Part shown: positions 40,851 through 50,201 of the stretch, one piece after another
How positions within the stretch are numbered: the stretch's first letter is position 1
Layout of the letters: each line of letters begins with the position of its first letter
Virus genome (UHGV): UHGV-0189653
Strand: one strand, 5' to 3'
Length of the DNA: 51,563 nucleotides
Source of the DNA: a virus
Notes under the pieces: model-generated
Told to the model about the DNA's origin: nothing
Databases searched by the model: none
What the model saw: the letters and a program-made list of their open reading frames with translations, nothing else
Made by a program: the position numbers and the translations under genes

Positions 40851-42308
40851 ATGAATACATCTCATGTAAGAGTTGTTACTCATATGTGTGGGTTCCTGGT
40901 TTGGCTCTATAGTCTTTCAATGTTGCCACCAATGGTTGTAGCATTGTTTTATAAAGAAAAAAGCCTGTTCGTTTTCTTTATAACTTTCGTTATATTTTTT
41001 TGCATTGGTGGCGGAGCGTGGTATACAACTAAGAAATCTGGCATTCAATTACGTACCCGTGATGGGTTTATTATAATTGTAATGTTTTGGATTTTGTTTT
41101 CTGTTATTAGTGCATTCCCTTTATGGATTGACTCAGAACTTAATTTAACGTTCATTGATGCTCTGTTTGAAGGGGTTTCTGGAATAACAACAACAGGAGC
41201 AACTGTAATTGATGATGTTAGTTCATTACCTCGGGCATATTTGTACTATCGGTCACAGTTAAATTTTATAGGTGGTTTAGGAGTTATTGTTCTGGCGGTT
41301 GCTGTATTGCCATTATTGGGTATTGGTGGTGCAAAGCTTTATCAGTCAGAAATGCCGGGGCCATTTAAGGATGACAAACTCACTCCCCGCCTGGCCGATA
41401 CGTCACGGACACTGTGGATAACTTATTCTTTATTAGGTATTGCTTGTATTGTCTGTTATAGACTTGCAGGAATGCCTTTGTTTGATGCTATTTGTCACGG
41501 GATTTCCACAGTTTCGCTTGGTGGTTTCTCAACTCATAGCGAGAGTATCGGATATTTTAATAACTATTTGGTTGAGCTGGTGGCTGGTTCTTTTTCCCTG
41601 CTATCGGCTTTCAACTTCACTCTTTGGTATATTGTTATTAGCAGGAAAACGATAAAACCTTTAATCAGAGATATTGAACTTCGTTTCTTTCTGTTAATAG
41701 CCTTAGGGGTGATCATTGTTACCTCTTTCCAGGTCTGGCATATAGGTATGTATGACTTGCATGGAAGTTTTATTCATTCGTTTTTTCTTGCCAGCTCCAT
41801 GCTCACTGATAATGGTTTAGCTACGCAGGATTATGCAAGTTGGCCCACGCACACGATAGTGTTTTTGCTGTTGTCAAGTTTCTTTGGGGGATGTATAGGT
41901 TCAACTTGTGGTGGAATTAAGTCACTTCGATTTCTTATACTTTTCAAACAAAGCAAACACGAGATAAATCAGCTTTCTCATCCCAGAGCGTTGTTGAGTG
42001 TAAATGTAGGAGGGAAGATAGTTACAGATCGTGTAATGAGGTCTGTATGGAGTTTCTTTTTTCTTTATACTCTCTTCACGGTGTTTTTTATACTGGTGTT
42101 AAATGGTATGGGATATGATTTTCTTACATCATTTGCAACAGTGGCTGCATGTATTAATAATATGGGATTAGGTTTTGGGGCTACTGCATCGTCATTCGGA
42201 GTGCTTAATGACATTGCAAAATGTTTAATGTGCATAGCTATGATTCTTGGTCGCCTTGAAATTTATCCTGTTATTATATTGTTTTCAGGTTTTTTTTGGC
42301 GCTCCTAA
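40851..42308 (+). CDS. trkG: TrkH-family potassium uptake protein TrkG
   Basis: 485-aa polytopic membrane protein from ATG 40851 (MNTSHVRVVTHMCGFLVW...); AT-rich gene and flanks. Confidence 0.85.
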   Translation: MNTSHVRVVTHMCGFLVWLYSLSMLPPMVVALFYKEKSLFVFFITFVIFFCIGGGAWYTTKKSGIQLRTRDGFIIIVMFWILFSVISAFPLWIDSELNLTFIDALFEGVSGITTTGATVIDDVSSLPRAYLYYRSQLNFIGGLGVIVLAVAVLPLLGIGGAKLYQSEMPGPFKDDKLTPRLADTSRTLWITYSLLGIACIVCYRLAGMPLFDAICHGISTVSLGGFSTHSESIGYFNNYLVELVAGSFSLLSAFNFTLWYIVISRKTIKPLIRDIELRFFLLIALGVIIVTSFQVWHIGMYDLHGSFIHSFFLASSMLTDNGLATQDYASWPTHTIVFLLLSSFFGGCIGSTCGGIKSLRFLILFKQSKHEINQLSHPRALLSVNVGGKIVTDRVMRSVWSFFFLYTLFTVFFILVLNGMGYDFLTSFATVAACINNMGLGFGATASSFGVLNDIAKCLMCIAMILGRLEIYPVIILFSGFFWRS

Positions 42309-42445
42309 TATATGGCTGATTTATAATTGTGAGTTTAATATTATGTTGACTCACTCATTGATCCAATACCTAACTTTACCAGCAACACCTCCGTCCCCAG
42401 TAGCACTGGCTGCTGGGGTGCGTTTTATTCATAAAGCAAGGCTGT

Positions 42446-43237
42446 ATGAGCGAGAAATTAAAGATAGTCTATCGCCCATTACAAGAATTGTCACCGTATG
42501 CGCACAACGCCAGGACGCACAGTACTGAGCAGGTGGCACAACTGGTAGAAAGTATTAAGCAATTCGGCTGGACTAATCCGGTGCTGATTGACGAAAAGGG
42601 CGAAATTATTGCGGGTCACGGTCGTGTTATGGCGGCTGAAATGCTCAAAATGGATTCTGTTCCGGTCATTGTTCTGTCTGGCCTGACGGATGAGCAGAAA
42701 AAGGCGTACCGCCTGGCAGATAATCGCCTGCCGATGAATGCTGGCTGGGATGAAGATCTGTTGCGGATGGAGCTGTCGGACCTAATCAATGCTGATTTTG
42801 ATGTCTCCCTGACAGGCTTCATCCCGACAGAAATTGATGAACTGTTGACGGATGTTTTGCCCGGTACAGGAAATGAGGAGGAGCCGTATACGACGAAAAT
42901 TGATACGCCTGTTTATGAGCCGTCGGGCGGTAAACCGGATATCAGTGAACTGTACGACGATACGAAAACTCAGGAGCTGATCAGCCGGATACGTTCGGCG
43001 TCCCTTGAGCCTGATATTGAGAAATTCCTCCTGTGTGCGGCAGAACGTCACACGGTGTTTAATTTCAGCAGAATTGCGGACTATTACGCTCACGCCCCCT
43101 CTGAAATTCAGTGTTTTTTCGAGGAGTCGGCGCTGGTGATCATTGATTATCAGCAGGCTATTGAAAATGGATTTGTCCGGATGACGCAGCGCATGGTGGA
43201 GATCATGCATGGTGGTGAGGAGGAGGAATATGCGTGA
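42446..43237 (+). CDS. ynaK: ParB-like nuclease domain protein (full-length YnaK homologue)
   Basis: 263-aa ORF; N-terminal ParB/Srx-type motif (KGEIIAGHGRVMAA); acidic C-terminus. Confidence 0.7.
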   Translation: MSEKLKIVYRPLQELSPYAHNARTHSTEQVAQLVESIKQFGWTNPVLIDEKGEIIAGHGRVMAAEMLKMDSVPVIVLSGLTDEQKKAYRLADNRLPMNAGWDEDLLRMELSDLINADFDVSLTGFIPTEIDELLTDVLPGTGNEEEPYTTKIDTPVYEPSGGKPDISELYDDTKTQELISRIRSASLEPDIEKFLLCAAERHTVFNFSRIADYYAHAPSEIQCFFEESALVIIDYQQAIENGFVRMTQRMVEIMHGGEEEEYA

Positions 43238-44162
43238 TGATTTTTGCGCCTTTATTCTGACTCACGGGCGACCGGACAAAGTTCTGACTTACCGGACGTT
43301 GCGTCGTGCTGGCTATACCGGGAAAATTTTTATCGTTGTTGATGATGAAGATAAGACACGGCATCAGTACATGGCTGAATTTGGTGAACAGGTGCTGGTG
43401 TTTTCCAAAGCCGATATCGCCAGTCGTTTTGACGAAGCCGATAATTTCTGTGACCGCCGCTCAATTTTTTACGCCCGTAATGCCTGTTTCGACCTGGCAA
43501 AACTGGTCGGGTGTAAATACTTCATTCAGCTCGATGATGATTATCACGAGTTCCAGTTTCGGGTGGATCGCAACTATGACCAGGCCTATTTTCCGATAAG
43601 GAAACTGGATGCGATCCTTTCTGAAATGCTGGCGTACTACGAATCAATACCTGCTCTTTCCATCGCTATGTCGCAGGGCGGGGATTTTCTTGGTGACAAT
43701 GGCGGCCATGCTTCGTGGGTGAAACGCAAGGCAATGAACAGCTTTATCTGTTCGGTTGATCGACCGTTCTCATTCATGGGGCGCATTAACGAGGATGTGA
43801 ATACGTACACGAATCTCGGTCGCTGTGGTGAATTGTTTATGACGATCGGTGCTGTCCAGTTAGGGCAGAAACAGACGCAGAAAAACAGCGGCGGAATGAC
43901 CGAGCTGTATCTGGATTCCGGAACCTACGTTAAAAGTTTTTACTCCGTCATGTATGCGCCGTCGTGCGTAAAAATCTCACTGATGGGTGCCAGCCATAAA
44001 CGCATTCACCATCAGGTCACCTGGAACAACGCTGCAGTAAAAATCCTTCACGAAAAATACAGGAAGAAGACACCCTGCATATCAATGGGGGTGACAAATG
44101 ATTCCGTATTCGAAAGTCGAGTCTCTGGCAGCGTGCCGGATGACTGCACAACAAATCGCTGA
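43230..44162 (+). CDS. putative GT-A-fold glycosyltransferase-like protein (DxD motif)
   Basis: 310-aa product from ATG 43230 (RBS GGAGGAGGA; overlaps ParB-like stop); beta-alpha-beta signature FILTHGRP...IFIVVDDEDK and downstream FIQLDDDY; soluble; inference from motifs only. Confidence 0.4.
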   Translation: MRDDFCAFILTHGRPDKVLTYRTLRRAGYTGKIFIVVDDEDKTRHQYMAEFGEQVLVFSKADIASRFDEADNFCDRRSIFYARNACFDLAKLVGCKYFIQLDDDYHEFQFRVDRNYDQAYFPIRKLDAILSEMLAYYESIPALSIAMSQGGDFLGDNGGHASWVKRKAMNSFICSVDRPFSFMGRINEDVNTYTNLGRCGELFMTIGAVQLGQKQTQKNSGGMTELYLDSGTYVKSFYSVMYAPSCVKISLMGASHKRIHHQVTWNNAAVKILHEKYRKKTPCISMGVTNDSVFESRVSGSVPDDCTTNR

Positions 44163-44349
44163 CGTTCTGGATGTTGATCTGAACCGACTGAAAGAAAATC
44201 GGGAAGCAATGACAGATTTTTATGCGGCCATCCGTAAGGGCAGAGCGAAAGGTGAAGCCGAGTTACGAGCGGCATTGTTTAAGCTTGCCAGAAAAGGGGA
44301 TGCCTTTGCTCTGCGCGAACTACTCAGGGTGGATAAAAATCAGGACTAA
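44098..44349 (+). CDS. small putative DNA-binding protein upstream of terminase
   Basis: 83-aa ORF with RBS GGGG, HTH-like segment (MTAQQIADVLDVDLNRLKENRE), overlaps end of upstream gene. Confidence 0.4.
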   Translation: MIPYSKVESLAACRMTAQQIADVLDVDLNRLKENREAMTDFYAAIRKGRAKGEAELRAALFKLARKGDAFALRELLRVDKNQD

Positions 44350-44352
44350 CTG

Positions 44353-45447
44353 ATGAGCAGACCGGACTGGGGGGCGTTGCAGCAGGAGTATATTGCTGAA
44401 TACACCCGCTCCGGTATATCTCCGGTGGCATGGTGTGAAGCAAGGGGACTGAATTACGCAACAGCCCGTCGTTACATCAAAAAAACTCCGAAAAATGCGC
44501 AGACAGAAATGTGCAAAACTGCGCAAAAAAGTGCGCAGAAAAAATCTGCGCAGACTGCACAAAAGCGGAACGAAAAATCTCAGGAAAAAAAGCCAGTATT
44601 CGATGCGGGCCTGAATGAGGGCGACGCGGAGGAATTTTCGTTCTGTCCCGATGAATTCGGCATTTCTGACCAGCAGGCTAAGTTTGCGATGCTTGTTGCT
44701 CAGGGTAAAAAGCCGACAGAGGCGTACCGACTAGCCGGTTATGAGGGGCAAGGTGCGACAGCTAATAGCAACGCCAGTCGTATGCTTAGAAATGCCAGGG
44801 TTTTTCGCGCTATCAGCTACTTCCGCAATCAGTACCAGAAACGCTATACCGCAGACCTGGATTTACTAGTGAGTCAGTTGATGGCCATTGTCCTGGCCGA
44901 CCCCAATCAGCTTGCACAATTTCGCCGTGTTAACTGCCGTTATTGCTGGGGCGAGAATCATCTCTACCAGTGGCGCGATATAGCAGAATTCGACAAGGCA
45001 GCGGCGCAGGCTTCCAGAGATGGCAAACCCGAACCGGAATATGGAGGCCTCGGCTTTGTTGATAACGCCATACCCAATCCGGACTGCCCGAAGTGCTGCG
45101 GTGAGGGAACGGGACAGCTTTATATGGCTGATACCACTCTGCTTGATGGGGATGCGCGGCAATTATATGCAGGGGCAAAATTCGGAAAATTCGGCGTTGA
45201 GATCCTGCTGGAGGATAAGGCTGCCGCCCGGCGTGAATTGTTGCGTTTGCTTTCTGCTGGCGGGGCTTTATGTGCAGATAAGCGGCTACAGGAACTGGAA
45301 ATTGAACGGCGCAGAATGGAAAACCAGAAGCTGCGCAAAGAGATCGAAACGGTGGAAGATAATGAACATCCCCAGCCTGTGGCGATCAATATTAATGTGG
45401 TTGATGCCAGAGTAAGGAGTGATGAAGATGATCTCTCCGACGCTTAA
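44353..45447 (+). CDS. terS: terminase small subunit (atypically long, with CxxC...CxxC region)
   Basis: 364-aa ORF directly upstream of and overlapping the large terminase; N-terminal HTH (ISPVAWCEARGLNYATARRYIKK), central Terminase_2-like segment, Cys pairs. Confidence 0.6.
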   Translation: MSRPDWGALQQEYIAEYTRSGISPVAWCEARGLNYATARRYIKKTPKNAQTEMCKTAQKSAQKKSAQTAQKRNEKSQEKKPVFDAGLNEGDAEEFSFCPDEFGISDQQAKFAMLVAQGKKPTEAYRLAGYEGQGATANSNASRMLRNARVFRAISYFRNQYQKRYTADLDLLVSQLMAIVLADPNQLAQFRRVNCRYCWGENHLYQWRDIAEFDKAAAQASRDGKPEPEYGGLGFVDNAIPNPDCPKCCGEGTGQLYMADTTLLDGDARQLYAGAKFGKFGVEILLEDKAAARRELLRLLSAGGALCADKRLQELEIERRRMENQKLRKEIETVEDNEHPQPVAININVVDARVRSDEDDLSDA

Positions 45448-46729
45448 TGTGCCTCAGGCGCGATTTCTTTCAATGCCCCATAAATTTAAAGCCTATATTG
45501 CTGGTTTTGGCTCGGGCAAAACATGGGTTGGGTGTGGCGGCATATGCAAGGGGATTTGGGAGCATCCAGGTATAAATCAGGGATATTTTGCGCCAACGTA
45601 TCCCCAAATTCGCGATATTTTTTACCCTACAGTGGAAGAAGTTGCTGCTGACTGGGGATTGAACGTAAAAATTAATGAGGGAAATAAAGAGGTTCACTTT
45701 TATTACGGACGCCAGTATCGGGGAACCACTATCTGCAGATCGATGGAGAAGCCACAAACGATCGTCGGTTTCAAAATTGGTAATGCGTTGGTGGATGAAC
45801 TGGACATTTTGCCGAAGGAAAAAGCCAGAACGGCGTGGCGCAAGATAATTGCACGTATGCGTTATAAGATTGATGGACTTCGCAACGGTATTGACGTTAC
45901 AACCACGCCGGAAGGATTCAAATTTGTCTACGAGCAGTTTGTTAAAGCCGTGCGTGAAAAAACAGAGCTGGCCTCACTGTATGGTCTGGTGCAGGCATCT
46001 ACTTTCGATAATGAAAAGAACCTGCCAGCAGATTACATTCCTTCGCTTCTTGAATCATACCCTCCAGAGCTGATTAAAGCCTATCTTCGAGGACAGTTTA
46101 CTAACCTGACAAGTGGTACTGTTTACCATCAGTTTGACCGGAAACTGAATAATTGCGAAGAAGTGGAGCAGCCAGGGGAGCCGATTTATATTGGGATGGA
46201 TTTTAACGTTGGAAAGATGGCGGGAATCGTCCATGTGCTGCGTTTGGGGCTTCCATGTGCGGTAACTGAAATCATCAATGCCTACGATACGCCGGATATG
46301 ATCCGCATCATTAAAGAACGCTTCTGGCTGTATGATGGGAATGATTACCGGAAAGTGAGGGAAATTTATATTTATCCAGATGCTTCCGGGGATTCCAGAA
46401 AATCAAGTAACGCAAGTACGACGGATATAGCCCAGCTTAAGCAGGCTGGTTTTAACGTTGTGGTGAACAGCTCGAACCCGCCAGTAAAAGATCGCGTTAA
46501 CTCAATGAATGCAATGTTCTGCAATGCCAATGGTGAGCGTCGCTATAAAGTTAATGTGAAGCGTTGCCCGTTATATGCCGAATCTCTGGAGCAACAGGTC
46601 TGGGATGAGAAGGGGGAGCCTGATAAAAAATCTGGCAATGATCACCCGAATGATGCCGGAGGTTATTTCATCGTTAAGCAATTCCCTATTGTCAAACCGA
46701 CCGGAAGAGTCACATCACTTCGGATTTAA
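45419..46729 (+). CDS. terL: terminase large subunit
   Basis: 436-aa ORF with Walker A (AGFGSGKT), nuclease-domain acidic residues; followed by portal. Confidence 0.9.
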   Translation: MMKMISPTLNVPQARFLSMPHKFKAYIAGFGSGKTWVGCGGICKGIWEHPGINQGYFAPTYPQIRDIFYPTVEEVAADWGLNVKINEGNKEVHFYYGRQYRGTTICRSMEKPQTIVGFKIGNALVDELDILPKEKARTAWRKIIARMRYKIDGLRNGIDVTTTPEGFKFVYEQFVKAVREKTELASLYGLVQASTFDNEKNLPADYIPSLLESYPPELIKAYLRGQFTNLTSGTVYHQFDRKLNNCEEVEQPGEPIYIGMDFNVGKMAGIVHVLRLGLPCAVTEIINAYDTPDMIRIIKERFWLYDGNDYRKVREIYIYPDASGDSRKSSNASTTDIAQLKQAGFNVVVNSSNPPVKDRVNSMNAMFCNANGERRYKVNVKRCPLYAESLEQQVWDEKGEPDKKSGNDHPNDAGGYFIVKQFPIVKPTGRVTSLRI

Positions 46730-46731
46730 TT

Positions 46732-48138
46732 ATGGCTGATATATCAACACCCAACCTCGACTATAACGATATGCTGGAGGCGTGGGATATTAACGACGCA
46801 CTGATGGGCGGTACGCTTGAAATGCGCAGGCAGGGGGAAAATTATCTCCCAAAATGGCCTAACGAAGATGAAGACGCTTATAAAAAACGCCTGTCTGTGG
46901 CTACGCTACTTCCTGTGTATGAAGAAAGCATCAAGCAAAATATTGGGCGCATATTTGCAGAGCCGACAGTATTGAGTGAGGAAACGCCGGCAAAAATCAG
47001 GGAATATGCAGAAAATATCGACATGGAGGGGAGCCGACTGGATGTGTGGGCGCAGCAATTTTTCAGCCTCGCATTTCAGTATGGTGTGGCACATGCGCTG
47101 GTGGACTATCCACGAACGGATATGAAAGAGATTCGGACAAAAGCCGATGAAAACGCGGCCGGTGGTCGTCCGTACGTTACGATGCTGAATCCACGCCAGG
47201 TTATTGGATGGAAATCGAAAGTTGAAAAAGGGAAAGTTGTTCTCACTGATTTGCGTATAAAAGAGGTCATCATTATTGATGGTGATGATTTCGGGCAGAA
47301 GAAGGTGGAGCAGATCCGCCATATTATGCCCCGTCGAGTTGAAATTTATCGACGTAGCGAAGGCACTAATGGCGAATCTGTCTGGACGCTTCATGAGTCA
47401 TGGAATACCAGCCGTGATGATATTCCTCTGGTAACACTGTACACGAAGAAAACAGGATTTATGCGTGGTACACCGCCATTGCTTAATCTTGGCTTGCTGA
47501 ATATCAAGCACTGGCAAAGCCAGAGCGAGCAGGACAATATTCTTCATGTTGCCCGCGTTCCATTGCTGGTGGCCTACGGGCTGGACAGGAATGAAGAACT
47601 GACGGTTGGTGCATCCACCGCTACGATTTTTGAGGACAGAACAAAAAATGGCCTCGAATATGTTGAACATAGTGGCGCAGCGATAGAATCTGGCGAAACA
47701 TCACTTGAGAAGCTGGAAAATCAGATGCGTCATGCCGGCGCTAAACTTCTGCGTGCTGAAAATACATCCACCAAATCTGTTGATCAGACTAATGAAGAGC
47801 GAATGCAGGAAAACTCGCCGCTTTATACAATGGCGAACTCCCTCGAAGATGCCCTCGATAATATTCTCCAGATAATGGCGGAATGGATCGGAGAGAGTTG
47901 CGGTGGCAATGTGGATGTGCGCACTGAACTGGATGTATCTGCCCAGGTGTTTGACTCATCCTCCGCGCTGGCTGTTCAGTCATTGCGTCAGGGCGGTGAT
48001 ATACGTCAGATTGATGCGGTTCGGGTGTTGCAGGCGTTGAAATTTATCGATCAGGATTCCCGTCCAGAGGAAGTGATCGATGAATTAAAAAATCAGAGTG
48101 TAATGCTGATGGAAATCAATGATGCAAACCGTGAATGA
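46732..48138 (+). CDS. portal protein
   Basis: 468-aa ORF immediately after the large terminase and before the head morphogenesis gene. Confidence 0.8.
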   Translation: MADISTPNLDYNDMLEAWDINDALMGGTLEMRRQGENYLPKWPNEDEDAYKKRLSVATLLPVYEESIKQNIGRIFAEPTVLSEETPAKIREYAENIDMEGSRLDVWAQQFFSLAFQYGVAHALVDYPRTDMKEIRTKADENAAGGRPYVTMLNPRQVIGWKSKVEKGKVVLTDLRIKEVIIIDGDDFGQKKVEQIRHIMPRRVEIYRRSEGTNGESVWTLHESWNTSRDDIPLVTLYTKKTGFMRGTPPLLNLGLLNIKHWQSQSEQDNILHVARVPLLVAYGLDRNEELTVGASTATIFEDRTKNGLEYVEHSGAAIESGETSLEKLENQMRHAGAKLLRAENTSTKSVDQTNEERMQENSPLYTMANSLEDALDNILQIMAEWIGESCGGNVDVRTELDVSAQVFDSSSALAVQSLRQGGDIRQIDAVRVLQALKFIDQDSRPEEVIDELKNQSVMLMEINDANRE

Positions 48139-49234
48139 ACGGCTGCGTGATGAATCAATTGCTCATGCAGTCTGGATATCCCGCTATAGCACTGGCGTGG
48201 CTGCCAGAATGGTGAAAATACTGAATGACAGCGATGCGGAACTTACTGCTCGCCTGCTGATAGCACTGGACAGCCTCGATCCAGGTAGTTTTACCGTTAA
48301 GCGCCTGGAGTCACTTCTGGCGAGCGTCAGAGAGGTTAACCGCACTGCTATTAACAGCATGTTTACCAGTCTCTCCGGAGAGCTGAACGAGCTGGCAATT
48401 TATGAGGCTGGTTATCAGTTAAGTCTGTTTGATTCTATGCTACCTGATTTTGTTGCTGATGTTCACCCTCTGGTTGGTATCTCTCCTGATGCACTTTATG
48501 CCGCTGCAATGGCGCGACCATTCCAGGGACGACTGCTCAGTGAGTGGGCCTCAGATCTTGAGGCGGATCGGCTCAGACGCATAACAAATACAGTGCGTCA
48601 GGGTTTTTTGCTGGGGGATACCAATGAGCAGATCGCAAGAAAAATTCGGGGACATGTCAGTAAGGGATTTCAGGATGGTGCATTGCAGATGAGCCGGGCT
48701 AATGCGGCCAGCATTGCAAAAACAGCGGTTGGACATCTTGCTGCTACTGCCCGTGAGAGTTTTGCCAGCGCGAATAATGATTTGATTAAGGGTAAGCAAT
48801 GGTTATCAACGCTTGATAATCGTACTACGCCACAATGTCGAATCAGGGATCGCCTCAAATATACGCTGAATAATAAACCTGTAGGTCACAGCGTGCCTTA
48901 TTTGCAGGGGCCGGGAAAAATTCATTTCTGCTGCCGCTCAACGGAAACGTTCATTCTGAAATCAGCGAAGGAACTGGGTATTGATGTTCGCGATATTTCC
49001 CCGGCTGAGCGGGCCAGCATGGATGGCGTGGTGGCCGGAGATACAACCTACAGGGAATGGTTTTTGCGTCAGCCTTACACCAGACAAAAACAGATTGTGG
49101 GGGAAACCCGAGCAAAGCTGATTCGGGATGGTGGTATGTCGCCAGATGAATTTTACACCGATAAAGGCGAATGGCTGACGCTGAAGCAGCTCCGTGAGCG
49201 TGATGCACAGGTATTCAGAAAAGCAGGGATTTAA
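48119..49234 (+). CDS. head morphogenesis protein (Mu F / SPP1 gp7-like minor head protein)
   Basis: 371-aa ORF following portal; central region GKQWLSTLDNRTTPQCRIRDR typical of this class. Confidence 0.75.
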   Translation: MMQTVNERLRDESIAHAVWISRYSTGVAARMVKILNDSDAELTARLLIALDSLDPGSFTVKRLESLLASVREVNRTAINSMFTSLSGELNELAIYEAGYQLSLFDSMLPDFVADVHPLVGISPDALYAAAMARPFQGRLLSEWASDLEADRLRRITNTVRQGFLLGDTNEQIARKIRGHVSKGFQDGALQMSRANAASIAKTAVGHLAATARESFASANNDLIKGKQWLSTLDNRTTPQCRIRDRLKYTLNNKPVGHSVPYLQGPGKIHFCCRSTETFILKSAKELGIDVRDISPAERASMDGVVAGDTTYREWFLRQPYTRQKQIVGETRAKLIRDGGMSPDEFYTDKGEWLTLKQLRERDAQVFRKAGI

Positions 49235-49254
49235 ATAAATCATTTATTACAACA

Positions 49255-49278
49255 GGCTACCTTCGGGTGGCCTTTTTT
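49255..49278 (+). terminator. UUCG-tetraloop hairpin plus T6 between head morphogenesis and scaffold genes
   Basis: ggctacc-ttcg-ggtggcc (7 bp incl. one G-U) followed by TTTTTT. Confidence 0.5.
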
Positions 49279-49338
49279 ATTGCTGCGATCCGGATGGTGA
49301 GCAGCGTAACTGTCGGAAGACTTAAACCAGGTACTAAT

Positions 49339-50103
49339 ATGAAACTGAAAACGGTCGAGATTAACGGAAAACAATACGCAGAAATTGATACTGCTGGCCT
49401 GCCAGTTTATGTGCACGACGATGGTAAAGAAATTGGCTTCGATGCACCGCTGGCGACAAAAAAAATTACAGAGCTTAATGGCGAGGCAAAAAATCATCGC
49501 CTGGCTAAAGAAGCTGCAGAGGAAAAACTGGCTAAGTTTGCCGCTATCGAAGACCCGAAGAAGGCGATCGAGGCACTGGAAATGCTGTCAAAAATCGACC
49601 AGAAAAAGCTGCTCGATGCGGGACAGGTTGACCAGGTTAAGGCAGAAATTACGAAAAATTTTCAGCAGCAATTAGATGAAGAAAAGCAACGCTCTCAGAT
49701 GCTGGAGAAGCAGCTTTACGATTCTATGATTGGCGGTAGTTTTGCGGGTTCAAAATATATTGCCGATAAAATTGCGATCCCGGCAGATTTATTACAAGCC
49801 CGCTTCGGGCAGGCATTCAAAGTGGAAGAAGGGAGGATCGTTGCTTATGACGCTTCCGGCAACAAAATTTATTCCCGCGCGAAGCCTGGCGAACTGGCGC
49901 AGTTTGATGAGGCGCTGGAGTTCCTTGTCGAAAATTACCCTCAGAAAGACTACATCCTGAAAGCCAGTGGCAACAATGGCGGCGGCTCCCGTCCGACACA
50001 GCATGATATTGGTCAGAAAACGATGAAACGCTCTGCTTTTGATGCACTGGATGTTGCAGGTAAGCAAAACGCATTGAAAGACGGTATCACAATCGTTGAT
50101 TAA
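49339..50103 (+). CDS. putative scaffolding protein
   Basis: 254-aa acidic, coiled-coil-rich product from ATG 49339 (MKLKTVEINGKQ), immediately upstream of capsid gene. Confidence 0.55.
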   Translation: MKLKTVEINGKQYAEIDTAGLPVYVHDDGKEIGFDAPLATKKITELNGEAKNHRLAKEAAEEKLAKFAAIEDPKKAIEALEMLSKIDQKKLLDAGQVDQVKAEITKNFQQQLDEEKQRSQMLEKQLYDSMIGGSFAGSKYIADKIAIPADLLQARFGQAFKVEEGRIVAYDASGNKIYSRAKPGELAQFDEALEFLVENYPQKDYILKASGNNGGGSRPTQHDIGQKTMKRSAFDALDVAGKQNALKDGITIVD

Positions 50104-50201
50104 CACATTTGTCAGCTTCCGGATGGGAGCTGGTGTCAGGGCTGGATAGCTCATTACTCCATCTATTCACAATTACGCAAATTTTTAAGGAATATTTAAT
50201 T

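Noticed and set aside
49267-49338. Upstream extension of the scaffold gene starting at 49267
   Set aside because: The first 12 nt of the extension (49267-49278) are the 3-prime stem and T-tract of the terminator hairpin at 49255-49278; ATG 49339 is the more plausible start
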